From positions 1-59,253 of the forward strand of contig CAYNMK010000001.1 in NCBI GenBank assembly GCA_964398445.1: DNA of 59,253 nucleotides. The letters run 5' to 3'. This DNA comes from an uncultured Candidatus Saccharibacteria bacterium (GTDB lineage Bacteria > Patescibacteriota > Minisyncoccia > UBA6257 > UBA9933). The notes beneath the pieces are model-generated. The model did not search any database and was not told where the DNA came from. It was given only the letters and a program-made list of their open reading frames with translations. Within the stretch, counting starts at the first letter, position 1; each line of letters starts with the position of its first letter. The translations under genes and the position numbers were made by a program. Below are positions 1-9,266 of the stretch, in pieces.

Positions 1-101
1 CTGCTGAGATATTTTATCAGGAGACGGGCGTTGCACTATTTCCTTGAATGTAGCTTGTTATCCACTAGGTAAAAAAATTTCAATATGTTAATATAATAAA
101 T

Positions 102-527
102 ATGAATGATAATACTAAACAACAAAAACCAATATCGCCCCCGCCTCCTCCCCCTCTAAGAATTAACATTCGCACAATGCAATCCGACATTGAATCAATT
201 AAACAAAGTGGCGGCGAAGCTCCATCTCCACAAACTTTTACCCCAGAAGAATTCAAGCCAAAAACTTCTAAACAAAAAATTGAAAATTCTGAAGTCAAAA
301 TTTCTCTTAATGTTCCCAGTTATACCGGGCCAGAAAAACCAATTTTTAAACCATCACAAACGCCTTCACCAACAACTTCGCAAGTGCCAATACCACCGCT
401 ACCAACTGATCAAAAACAACCCAAGTCTTCATTTATAAAAATCATTCTTATAGCAATTGGAGTTATTGTTGGAATTGCTGGATTAGGACTTTTAGGTTAT
501 TATATAATCTTTCCTCTATTTTTCTAA
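102..527 (+). CDS. hypothetical proline-rich protein with C-terminal transmembrane anchor
   Basis: 141-aa ORF with a PPPPPP run, a P/T/S/K-rich middle and a single C-terminal hydrophobic helix (IILIAIGVIVGIAGLGLLGYYIIFPLFF). No family recognised. Confidence 0.45.
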   Translation: MNDNTKQQKPISPPPPPPLRINIRTMQSDIESIKQSGGEAPSPQTFTPEEFKPKTSKQKIENSEVKISLNVPSYTGPEKPIFKPSQTPSPTTSQVPIPPLPTDQKQPKSSFIKIILIAIGVIVGIAGLGLLGYYIIFPLFF

Positions 528-651
528 AAAACTAGATATCGGCATACTTATATTAAATATAAACGCCGGCAATACTAATAAATACGAATTCATATCCATT
601 AATTTCGTATATTAATACGAATTCATATTTAGCATTTCGCTAGAGCAAGCA

Positions 652-2190
652 ATGGCAAAAAACTTTTCAAAAACATTTTCTGCTGAACTTGAAGGCATTA
701 ACGCTAAATTAATTGAAGTGGAGGTTGATATTAATGTCGGCCTCCATTCTTTTAATATTGTTGGCTTAGCCGACAAAGCTCTTTCCGAGGCCAAAGAACG
801 AGTTAGTTCTGCGCTTAAAAATAGCGGCGTTAAGCCGCCAACCAAAGAAAATAGAAAAATTACAATTAATTTAGCGCCAGCGAATGTTAAAAAAACCGGT
901 TCTCAGTACGACTTAGCAATTGCTATTGGCTATCTTTTGTCAACTGAACAAATAAAAAAATTTGAAACAAAAGATAAACTTTTTATTGGAGAGCTGTCTT
1001 TGGATGGAACGCTTCGACCAATAAATGGCTGCCTAAGTATTGCTCAATTAGCAAAAAAATTAGGTTTTAAATATTTATTTTTACCAAAACAAAACGCAAT
1101 TGAGGCCGCTATTATAAAAAATATTAAAATTATTCCCATAAACAACTTAGAAGAAATAATAAATTATTTAGAAAATCGCAAATTAATTCCTTGTCAGCCA
1201 TTAACTAAATTTCAACCAAACCAAAAACCGCCTTTAATTGATATTTCAGAAATTAAAGGACAAGAAAATGCCAAAAGAGCTTTAATGGTAGCTGCAGCCG
1301 GCAATCACAATATCATAATGACAGGCCCACCAGGCGCCGGAAAAACAATGCTTGCCCAGGCGCTGATTTCGATTATTCCTTATCCATCACTTGAAGAAGC
1401 GATTGAAATCACGCAAATTTACAGCGCCGCTAACCAACTCGGAGAAAATAATTTTTTTGATTATCGGCCATTCCGCTCACCTCATCACACAGCATCGCCA
1501 ATGGCGATTATTGGTGGCGGCGTTAACCCAAGACCCGGAGAAATTAGCTTATCTCATCGTGGCGTTTTATTTCTTGATGAAATTCCAGAATTTCGCAAAG
1601 ACCTCCTGGAATCACTCCGTCAACCATTGGAAAGCGGGGTAATTTTTGTTTCCAGAGTTAAAAATATGCTTGTTTTCCCGGCTAAATTTTCATTAGTAGC
1701 GGCAATGAATCCTTGTCCCTGCGGTTATTTCGGCAGCTTAGAAAAAGAGTGTCGTTGTACTGCCAATGAGATATTCCGCTATCAAAAGAAAATATCTGGC
1801 CCGCTATTAGATAGAATTGATATTCAAATTAATGTCCCCCAAGTAAAAATAGAGCAACTAAGAGAACCAGCCCGCAAAAACAATGTTCAAGAAATCAAAA
1901 ATAAAATTAAAAAAGCCAGGGAAATCCAATTGGAACGGCTCAAAAAAATTAAACCAAAAATTTATACAAACTCTGAAATGAGTTCAAAACAAGTTGATGA
2001 ATTAATAAAGCTTGATAATTCAGCTGAAAATTTTTTAAAAAATACTTTAAAAAATTCTTTTGTGTCTGCAAGGGGTTATTACCGCATTCTAAAAACCGCC
2101 CAAACTATCGCTGATACAGAAGAATCAGAAAAAGTAAAAGACAGTCATCTATTAGAAGCATTCCAGTACCGAATCCGCGAAAAAGAATAA
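652..2190 (+). CDS. comM: YifB/ComM family Mg-chelatase-like ATPase
   Basis: 512 aa. Walker A GPPGAGKT, Walker B VLFLDE, Cys cluster CPCGYF..ECRC and a C-terminal Mg-chelatase-like tail. Length and order are typical of YifB/ComM. Confidence 0.85.
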   Translation: MAKNFSKTFSAELEGINAKLIEVEVDINVGLHSFNIVGLADKALSEAKERVSSALKNSGVKPPTKENRKITINLAPANVKKTGSQYDLAIAIGYLLSTEQIKKFETKDKLFIGELSLDGTLRPINGCLSIAQLAKKLGFKYLFLPKQNAIEAAIIKNIKIIPINNLEEIINYLENRKLIPCQPLTKFQPNQKPPLIDISEIKGQENAKRALMVAAAGNHNIIMTGPPGAGKTMLAQALISIIPYPSLEEAIEITQIYSAANQLGENNFFDYRPFRSPHHTASPMAIIGGGVNPRPGEISLSHRGVLFLDEIPEFRKDLLESLRQPLESGVIFVSRVKNMLVFPAKFSLVAAMNPCPCGYFGSLEKECRCTANEIFRYQKKISGPLLDRIDIQINVPQVKIEQLREPARKNNVQEIKNKIKKAREIQLERLKKIKPKIYTNSEMSSKQVDELIKLDNSAENFLKNTLKNSFVSARGYYRILKTAQTIADTEESEKVKDSHLLEAFQYRIREKE

Positions 2191-2247
2191 TCCATTTCCA
2201 ATTTAATATAACCTGATTACTTTAAATTTAAATTAGCTTATTATAAT

Positions 2248-3048
2248 ATGAAAAAATTAGGGCAGCATTTTTTAATAAAAAAAAATAAAATTACAAAAAT
2301 TATTGATGCCCTAAATATAAAAAACGATACAATAATTGAAATTGGACCAGGGCACGGAGAAATTACTAAAACATTAATTAATAAACTATTAAATAATCAA
2401 ATTACGAAATTAATTGCAGTTGAAAAAGATCAATTATTAGCTAAAAATTTAGAAGATAAAATTCAAAACTTAAAAATTAAAAATGTTAAAATTATAAAAG
2501 GCGACATATTGAAAATTCTGCCACAACTCCCTGAACCCTGTGGCTTAAATTCTAAATCCTATAAACTTGTCGGCAATATTCCCTATTATATTACGGGTCA
2601 TCTTTTACGAATTATTAGCAACCTAAAAAACAAACCTTTATTAATTATTTTAACAATTCAAAAAGAAGTAGCAGAACGAATTTGCGCTAAAGCGCCACGA
2701 ATGAATCTATTATCAGCCAGTGTCCAATTTTGGGCAAAGCCAAAAATAATTGGCTATATCTCAAAAAATAACTTTCGTCCGCAACCAAAAGTAGACAGCG
2801 CAATAATTAAATTAACCCCTAAATCCTTTAACTTAAATTCTAAATCTTATTACCATCTAATTAAAATCCTTTTTAAGCAACCACGGAAAATGATAATTAA
2901 CAATCTAACTGTGACAATGACTATTGCTATAACAAAAAACGAAATTATTGAAAAATTAAAAAAAATAAATATCAATCCGAACGACAGACCGCAAAATTTA
3001 AATATTGCCCAATTAATTAAACTATCTAAGCTCTTTAATTTACAATAA
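2248..3048 (+). CDS. rsmA: 16S rRNA (adenine1518/1519-N6)-dimethyltransferase RsmA/KsgA
   Basis: 266 aa. GQHFL motif at the N-terminus, SAM-binding EIGPGHGEIT and the GNIPYYIT motif. Confidence 0.85.
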   Translation: MKKLGQHFLIKKNKITKIIDALNIKNDTIIEIGPGHGEITKTLINKLLNNQITKLIAVEKDQLLAKNLEDKIQNLKIKNVKIIKGDILKILPQLPEPCGLNSKSYKLVGNIPYYITGHLLRIISNLKNKPLLIILTIQKEVAERICAKAPRMNLLSASVQFWAKPKIIGYISKNNFRPQPKVDSAIIKLTPKSFNLNSKSYYHLIKILFKQPRKMIINNLTVTMTIAITKNEIIEKLKKININPNDRPQNLNIAQLIKLSKLFNLQ

Positions 3049-3181
3049 TTATTCTTATAATTATTGTAATCTTTTAAATTACGCTGCTCATTTTATATCT
3101 GCCATTTCTTAATTCAAAGTTGCAATTTATAGGTATCCACACTATTATAAATACAATAAATGATATACAATAATAAATAAT

Positions 3182-4039
3182 ATGACGCTCTCAAAAATTA
3201 CAATAATAACTTTAATTATTGGCGCAGGGCTTTTGGGCTCTTACTGGATTATTCAAGATGCCAAACAAACTGCTGGTGAAACTGCAGGATTTTCTTTTGA
3301 ACAAAAAATTAATCTTGAAAATGCGCCTCTTAAGGCTATAAAAGAATCAATTCAAGAAATCCAAAAAATTATTAAAAATGAAAATTTAAATTCTTTAAGC
3401 TTAAACAACCAACTTCCTGAAAATTCTAATAATCTCACTGAAATAGTTGCCAAAGCCGTAGTTAGTGGAATTTTAGAAAAAAATAAGGGCGAATTAACTA
3501 TGACCGAACAAGGCGAGCCAAAACTTTTAATGCCCAATAAAGAAGCCTTGCTCCAAGAATTAACCAATCAACTTGCCAATTTAGACGCTGGTTTACTTAA
3601 TTTAAACCAACCGATTAACAGAGCTGATTTGAAAATATCCCAAGATAACTCTCTGGAAGCGCAAAATAAATATATTGAAGGAATTCGAATAATAACCCAA
3701 GTTCGCTTTGGAAACTTTCCAAAACAAAACATTTCGGACATTTTAGAAAAAACCATTAACACTGGCGACACCACTCAAGTAAAAAAATTATCCAAACTTT
3801 ATAGGTCCGTAATAGGAGATTATTTGGCGCTGGAGGTTCCTTTAAGATGGTTGAATTTTCATAAAAAAGTTTTAACTCATTTCCAAAACGCGGAAGTTAT
3901 TTATTCCACTTTGGCAAACTTTCAAAATGATCCGCTAAAATCTCTTTTGGCAATTGAAGCTTGGTATAAATTGCCACAATCTGCCCAAAAAATTCAAGAG
4001 GTTTTTAAAGCAAAAAGCCTAAAAATAGGATATAATTAA
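3182..4039 (+). CDS. hypothetical membrane-anchored protein, first gene of the T4SS-like block
   Basis: 285 aa with an N-terminal TM helix (ITIITLIIGAGLLGSYWII) followed by a hydrophilic helical domain. No family recognised. Confidence 0.5.
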   Translation: MTLSKITIITLIIGAGLLGSYWIIQDAKQTAGETAGFSFEQKINLENAPLKAIKESIQEIQKIIKNENLNSLSLNNQLPENSNNLTEIVAKAVVSGILEKNKGELTMTEQGEPKLLMPNKEALLQELTNQLANLDAGLLNLNQPINRADLKISQDNSLEAQNKYIEGIRIITQVRFGNFPKQNISDILEKTINTGDTTQVKKLSKLYRSVIGDYLALEVPLRWLNFHKKVLTHFQNAEVIYSTLANFQNDPLKSLLAIEAWYKLPQSAQKIQEVFKAKSLKIGYN

Positions 4040-4128
4040 AATACGATTAATATGAGAAAGAAGAGGATACTTCAGGCCAGACTCCGCAGACCCGACTAGA
4101 ATGCGATTAAATTTTATAAATATTAAAA

Positions 4129-5529
4129 ATGACTTATTTTTTAAAAAAATTTGTTTTAGTCCTCATTATAATTTCCTTAGTGTTTGGCGTTGGTTATTTT
4201 GGTAAAGTTCAAAAAGCTGAAGCAACGCTTCCAGTTATTGACGTTCCGCACATAGCTGAATCAATTATCAGCGAGGCAAAAACGGCATGGAGACACTTAA
4301 TAGATAACTGGAGAAAAATACTAAGAGATATAATTGTTAAACGAATTTTGGACGCAATGGTTGACGATATTGTAAAATGGATTCAGGGTGGTGGAGATCC
4401 GAAGTTTGTCACTGACTGGGGAGGATTTCTTGAAGATGCTTTCCAAGCCGGAGTTGGCGATGTAGCTAAAGAAGTAGGTCTTGCTGCACTTTGCGAACCG
4501 CTCAACATACCAACTCAAAGATTATTAACTCACGCCATCCCAAGGTTTTCTGAACGAATTAAATGCACTCTTGACGACATTGTTGTCAATGTAGAAGATT
4601 TTCATAATAACTTTGAAAGCGGAGGCTGGATTGCCTATGGAAAACTTTTACAGCCGCAGAATAATCATTTCGGTTTAAGCTTAATGATACGTGATGAAAA
4701 AATGTTTCGCGGCGCGAGAGAAAGGGAAGCGGCAAGATTAGAAGGCTTAGCTGGTGGCGGATTTCTTTCAGATAGAAAATGCACAGGAGGATTCGATGCT
4801 GATGGTAATTGTTTAGAATATACCATTGTTACTCCGGGCGACACTATTGGCGGACTCGCGGCTAAGGCCGTTGGCAAAGATATAAACTACATAATTAATG
4901 TAAAATCTTACACAGCAGCTATTACTAACGCTATTATTAATCGTATACTTAGTGAAGGCCTAGCCTTAATGGGGGATAGCGTCAGCCCTGGCGGCATTAC
5001 TTATGATCACAGAGATGTTGGCTATGCAGATGCAGGTCAGCAGGACTTAGAAAACCAAAAACAACAAATGAGACGCGAATACCAAAAATTCCTTAATGAA
5101 AAACAATATATTCTTAACGCAAAAAACCGGTCGCTTTCTTACGCAAGACGAACCCTTCAAATTCTTGAAGATGCCAGAGACAACCACCCGGCTTGCAGAC
5201 CAAGACATAATAGAATTCAATCTATTAAAATTGAAGTTGATCGCTTACATAACGAGACTACTAGGTTAAGAAACATTGTTTATGAACTTAATAATTTAAT
5301 AACTGAAGTTGACAATCTTTCCCATGATAATCTTGCCATAGAAATGTCAAGAATTTTTAACAACTATCAGCGATTCATAAATCAATACAATCTCCGTGGC
5401 ACTCATCGAGATATTATCACTGGCGACAAACGAGCCGCGGCCAATAGAGAAAAAGAGAATAAACGAAACAATCTTGAAGCTACTCAAGAATGGAAAGCCG
5501 ACTGCATTTTTCCTGACGATGATGATTAA
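4129..5529 (+). CDS. hypothetical secreted or membrane-anchored protein with C-terminal coiled coil (T4SS-like block)
   Basis: 466 aa. N-terminal signal/anchor (FVLVLIIISLVFGVGYFG..AEA), several Cys, Gly-rich central part, Q/R/N-rich heptad-like C-terminal third and an acidic DDDD end. Confidence 0.5.
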   Translation: MTYFLKKFVLVLIIISLVFGVGYFGKVQKAEATLPVIDVPHIAESIISEAKTAWRHLIDNWRKILRDIIVKRILDAMVDDIVKWIQGGGDPKFVTDWGGFLEDAFQAGVGDVAKEVGLAALCEPLNIPTQRLLTHAIPRFSERIKCTLDDIVVNVEDFHNNFESGGWIAYGKLLQPQNNHFGLSLMIRDEKMFRGAREREAARLEGLAGGGFLSDRKCTGGFDADGNCLEYTIVTPGDTIGGLAAKAVGKDINYIINVKSYTAAITNAIINRILSEGLALMGDSVSPGGITYDHRDVGYADAGQQDLENQKQQMRREYQKFLNEKQYILNAKNRSLSYARRTLQILEDARDNHPACRPRHNRIQSIKIEVDRLHNETTRLRNIVYELNNLITEVDNLSHDNLAIEMSRIFNNYQRFINQYNLRGTHRDIITGDKRAAANREKENKRNNLEATQEWKADCIFPDDDD

Positions 5530-5622
5530 AATTCCTAAAAACAACGCAATAGAAGTCCATAGGTATTTTAATAAACCATAAAACCAAGTGAAATAAAAAA
5601 TAATTTATAGAAAATCCTTGAA

Positions 5623-5810
5623 TTACGCTATCTGTTTTTTACCCATTGTCATTCTGAGCTACCCACCCTGTCATTCTGAGCTGCCCACCCTGTCATTCTG
5701 AGCCGAAGGCGAAGAATCTCTGTTATTGTCCATAGAGATTCTTCGGCGCTTACAGCGCCTCAGGATGACGAAGGAGGAATTGTCATTCTGAGGCACTTCG
5801 CTTCGCTCAG
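5623..5810. repeat. cluster of GTCATTCTGAG-type palindromic repeats
   Basis: Three abutting units (21, 22 and 22 nt), ..cccaYYSTGTCATTCTGAGC, at 5639-5659, 5660-5681 and 5682-5703. A long imperfect palindrome follows at 5693-5769: GTCATTCTGAG-gccgaaggc-GAAGAATCTCT ..loop.. AGAGATTCTTC-ggcgcttacagcgcc-CTCAGGATGAC. A fourth TGTCATTCTGAG lies at 5781-5792. Confidence 0.8.
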
Positions 5811-5855
5811 CACAGGCTCCGCGAAAAATTTGTTTTGAGTAAAATAAGATAAACT

Positions 5856-7421
5856 ATGGAACCCAAACGAAATAAAAAAAAATTCTTAATAGGAGTTATA
5901 ATTTTAGCGATAATTTTAGTTTTTGGGAGCGTTGAAATTACTAATGCTATCATACCTACTCTCGCAGTTACTGCCGCAAATGTAGCAGATGGCATATCTG
6001 ATATCGGAAATATAGCAACAAGCGCTGTTGTCAACGTTGCAAAGGCTACAGGAACAATACTTGGCGTAATAGCTGGAGTTTTTCTTGTAATTGCTGGCTA
6101 CCTAGTTCAACTTACTTTAAATATTAATTTCCAGCTTATGGAAAGCCCTGTGGTTTTAACTGGATGGCAAATAGTTTTAAACTTTGCCAATATGGGTTTT
6201 GTTTTGGCAATTATTGTAATCGCTTTTGCCACAATTTTGAGGATAGAAACATACGAAATGAAAAAAATCCTCTGGAAGCTTATTGTGGCAGCTCTTTTAG
6301 TTAATTTCAGTTTAGTTATTGCGGGCGCGTTTATTGACATATCTCATTTTTTAGCTATCTATTTCTTAACGCAAGGCGGTATTACAGATCCACTGGCTTG
6401 GTCAAGTGCTTTTGCTGGAATGTTTGAAGCTCAAGCGCTTTTAGCGACAGATGGCGGTCTTGAAGCTGCTGCAGCAGGGGTCGGAATGATTGCATCGGTA
6501 TTCTTTTCCGTATTTTTCACACTTTTAACTGTGTTAACGCTTTTGGCAGTAGCAATAATGTTATTAATTCGCTATGTTGTTTTAGGCATTCTTTTGATTA
6601 TATCTCCAATTGTCTGGCTATTGTGGATTTTCCCAGCAACTGAATCTATTTGGAAGAAATGGTGGACTAAATTTTTGGAATGGGTATTTTTTGCCCCAAT
6701 AATGATATTTTTTATATACTTAGCGCTTCACGCTATGCAAAATCAACCCGAAGTAATGAGAAGCCTATCCGAAGTTCCTATGGAATTTGAGGCTGCTGGC
6801 GAGGCCGTTGGCCTTACTTTTGGCTTCGATATAATTGGAAATATGATAATTGTCATAGGATTAGTGATTGGCGGCTTAATAGCGGCAAAATCTCTAAGCA
6901 TCACTCTTGCTGACGCAACTCTTAATGCAGCGCAGGGCGGAGGCAAAGCTTTCGGTAGCTGGGTTGGTAGAAAGGGAGTAAGAACTGCTGGTTGGTCTTT
7001 TGCTGGTCCAAGCCAAAGAACCCAACAATGGGCGAGACGAACAGACGGCGGAAAAATAAGAAAAATAATAGGTAAAACAGACATATTTGTTCGAGGAAGA
7101 CTTAATAAAATCCCAGTATTAAAAAATCTTGGGCAAGTATACAGAAGAAAAGACGAACATCAAAATATTGCCGCTTCTGTTTGGGGAGGAATGAAATCTG
7201 GTTCTGGATTATTTAAAGGAAAATCTGAAAAAAAAGAAAAAACTGAACAGGTATTGGGTCGTTTATATACCAAGAAATCCTCCTTACAGGGCGAACTTGA
7301 TTTATTACAAAGAATAGCTCCGGGCGCTTTAACCCCACCCCAAAGACAGCGACTCATTGATCTTCCAGTGGAAATATCAAAAGTAAATAACAAAATACAA
7401 GAATTAGAAGCGCAAACATAA
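5856..7421 (+). CDS. polytopic membrane protein, VirB6/TrbL-like candidate
   Basis: 521 aa. N-terminal anchor, then about 7-8 hydrophobic helices across aa 60-370, then a basic hydrophilic tail with a coiled-coil end. The architecture and its position in a VirB4 cluster fit VirB6/TrbL. This is not motif-proven. Confidence 0.5.
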   Translation: MEPKRNKKKFLIGVIILAIILVFGSVEITNAIIPTLAVTAANVADGISDIGNIATSAVVNVAKATGTILGVIAGVFLVIAGYLVQLTLNINFQLMESPVVLTGWQIVLNFANMGFVLAIIVIAFATILRIETYEMKKILWKLIVAALLVNFSLVIAGAFIDISHFLAIYFLTQGGITDPLAWSSAFAGMFEAQALLATDGGLEAAAAGVGMIASVFFSVFFTLLTVLTLLAVAIMLLIRYVVLGILLIISPIVWLLWIFPATESIWKKWWTKFLEWVFFAPIMIFFIYLALHAMQNQPEVMRSLSEVPMEFEAAGEAVGLTFGFDIIGNMIIVIGLVIGGLIAAKSLSITLADATLNAAQGGGKAFGSWVGRKGVRTAGWSFAGPSQRTQQWARRTDGGKIRKIIGKTDIFVRGRLNKIPVLKNLGQVYRRKDEHQNIAASVWGGMKSGSGLFKGKSEKKEKTEQVLGRLYTKKSSLQGELDLLQRIAPGALTPPQRQRLIDLPVEISKVNNKIQELEAQT

Positions 7422-7431
7422 TTATAATAAT

Positions 7432-8604
7432 ATGAACTATTCATTACTTACCGAACAACAACTTCAAAAACGACTTTATTCGTTGCCTGAAAAAATCAGG
7501 GATGTTTTAAATTCTGAAAACAATATAGAGTTTGTACGAAAAATTTGTCAAAATCATTACTTAAATAAAGAAAAAACTTTAATAGTTGAACAATTAACTG
7601 GATTAATTCTTTTAGGATTTGTGTTGCCAGACGAAATGAGCCAAGAAATTAGCGACAAACTACACATAGACAATAAACATTCAAATGATATTGTCAGCGA
7701 AATTAATCGAAAAATTTTTAAACCGATTAAAATAGAGATAGAAACAATATATAGCCCCCTAGCTGAAATTTCGCCAGAAAAACCTTTGCCCGCTCCGACT
7801 ATCACTAAAACCACCACAAACAAAGAAGACACAGCAATAAACGAAAAGATTGTTGACTTAAGGCCTGAATCTGTCCTTGTTAAAACTTCTATTGACGTTA
7901 AAATTCCCGAAATCAAATTATCAGATAAAGAAGAACCAAAAATATCAAAAGAAATTGAAATTTCTAAACCAAAAATTGAAGAAAAATCTGGGCAAACAGA
8001 AAAAACAGATAAAAGAGAAAAGCCAACGCCATCGCCAATAACAGCGCAACAGATAATAAAACAAGAAGAAAAAAATAAAATAACCGATGGCCCGAAAATT
8101 ATCCACGAAGAAAAAAAAATCTCGCCCTTGCTTAATACTAAAAAGAGTTCTTTAGGCGGATTATTTGGATTTCTTAAGAAAGAGAACAAGAAAGAGAAAA
8201 ATTTAATGCCAATAAAAGCGACCATAGAAACACCAACTGATATTAAAGAAATTCAACCTCCTAAAATTACTAAAACAGAAACTTCCAAGCTAAGAGTTGT
8301 TCATTATAGTGATTTGCAAACACCTTCGCCTTTCGGCAAAAACACTGAATCACACAAAATTGCGCAAAAAACAGAAATTGAACCCCTAAAAACTGAAAGG
8401 CCGAAACCACCAGAAAATTTACCGATTACTAAAGCAGAAGAAAAAGTTATCAGCTTAAAGCATAGGCCTGCTTCTGCTAAAATTTCTGTTGACACTAAAG
8501 CTCCCGAAAATAAGTTATCAGACAAAGAACCCGCCATTACTAAAACTACGACGAACAAAGAAGATGTTGTTGACCTAAGAACATTTCAAAGATTTAAACA
8601 ATAA
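7432..8604 (+). CDS. hypothetical protein with N-terminal globular domain and K/E/P/T-rich low-complexity region
   Basis: 390 aa with no TM helix. Contains an internal, circularly permuted repeat (ITKTTTNKED..VDLR and S[IV]D[VT]K[IA]PE[IN]KLSDKE). Confidence 0.5.
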   Translation: MNYSLLTEQQLQKRLYSLPEKIRDVLNSENNIEFVRKICQNHYLNKEKTLIVEQLTGLILLGFVLPDEMSQEISDKLHIDNKHSNDIVSEINRKIFKPIKIEIETIYSPLAEISPEKPLPAPTITKTTTNKEDTAINEKIVDLRPESVLVKTSIDVKIPEIKLSDKEEPKISKEIEISKPKIEEKSGQTEKTDKREKPTPSPITAQQIIKQEEKNKITDGPKIIHEEKKISPLLNTKKSSLGGLFGFLKKENKKEKNLMPIKATIETPTDIKEIQPPKITKTETSKLRVVHYSDLQTPSPFGKNTESHKIAQKTEIEPLKTERPKPPENLPITKAEEKVISLKHRPASAKISVDTKAPENKLSDKEPAITKTTTNKEDVVDLRTFQRFKQ

Positions 8605-8685
8605 AAGCAAATTTATGTAAAACAATGCGCGAATCTTCGCGAAATTTCGCGTTAATATTTACAACTTTCGCCGCTATAAACTTAG

Positions 8686-9234
8686 ATGAATTTCCAAGTC
8701 CCTCAATTTATAAACACAGAAAATAAACTCGTCGGGCCTTTAACTATAAAACAATTCTTATATTTAGCCGGCGCCTTCCTTATTAGCGTCGCTCTTTTTT
8801 ATATTATAGAAATATGGCTTTGGGTTTTATTTACGGTTTTTTTAGCTGCAACAGCGTTAGCCCTAGGCTTTATAAAATATAATGGACAATCATTGCCCAA
8901 AATCATTTGGCTAGCTATAGGATTTTTATGGAAACCGCGACTTTATATCTGGCAAAGAGAAATAATAGAAAAAGAAATTAAAATTCCAAAATTTCCAAAA
9001 ATACCACCCGCAGAAACAATTAATTCCAAAAGAGAAACATTAAAAAAGCTCGCCACTGAAACACCTAATATAAAAAAACTATGGCAAAATCTTTTAACCA
9101 CTAAAAATCCTATTCCAAAAAGAGAAAAAACCATTAAAACGCCTTTTTTGGGCAAAAAACCGAAAGAGAAATTCCAACTTTTTAGAAAAATTACCGGAGA
9201 AAAAGAAATTATCAAAAGAGTGGACTATAGGTGA
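8686..9234 (+). CDS. PrgI-like two-TM protein (VirB3 analogue)
   Basis: 182 aa. N-terminus MNFQVPQFI..E.KLVGPLTIKQFLYL followed by two TM helices, located just upstream of VirB4 as in Gram-positive conjugation loci. Confidence 0.6.
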   Translation: MNFQVPQFINTENKLVGPLTIKQFLYLAGAFLISVALFYIIEIWLWVLFTVFLAATALALGFIKYNGQSLPKIIWLAIGFLWKPRLYIWQREIIEKEIKIPKFPKIPPAETINSKRETLKKLATETPNIKKLWQNLLTTKNPIPKREKTIKTPFLGKKPKEKFQLFRKITGEKEIIKRVDYR

Positions 9235-9266
9235 GCCACTAATGGATTAGCCGCCAATACATCAAT

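Noticed and set aside
1-72. Possible 3' end of an upstream plus-strand CDS (frame 1 open to TAA at 70-72), and a DnaA-box-like TTATCCACT at 58-66.
   Set aside because: Only 23 codons are visible, with no recognisable motif. A single degenerate box far from dnaA has no support.
2544-2850. 15-nt exact repeat CTTAAATTCTAAATC inside rsmA (2544-2558 and 2832-2846), encoding LNSKSY twice.
   Set aside because: In DNA this AT-rich, several exact 15-mer coincidences are expected per 59 kb. Both copies are in frame within an otherwise normal RsmA, so there is no evidence of an insertion.
5639-5703. Possible CRISPR array, suggested by three roughly 22-nt direct repeats.
   Set aside because: The units abut each other with no spacers. 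There are only three copies, no cas genes are in the window, and the units belong to a palindromic repeat family found elsewhere.
7557-8225. Long antisense ORFs: 7557-8225, 6743-7084, 35171-35581, 42391-42714, 23743-24045, 28977-29222 and other minus- or plus-strand shadows.
   Set aside because: Each is nested in or overlaps a much better supported gene on the opposite strand. Their translations are low-complexity and typical of antisense frames in AT-rich, codon-biased DNA.
7795-8590. Diversity-generating retroelement (TR/VR pair) suggested by internal repeats and the nearby Avd-like fragment.
   Set aside because: There is no reverse transcriptase ORF in the window. The differences between repeats are not restricted to adenines, and both copies lie inside the same CDS.
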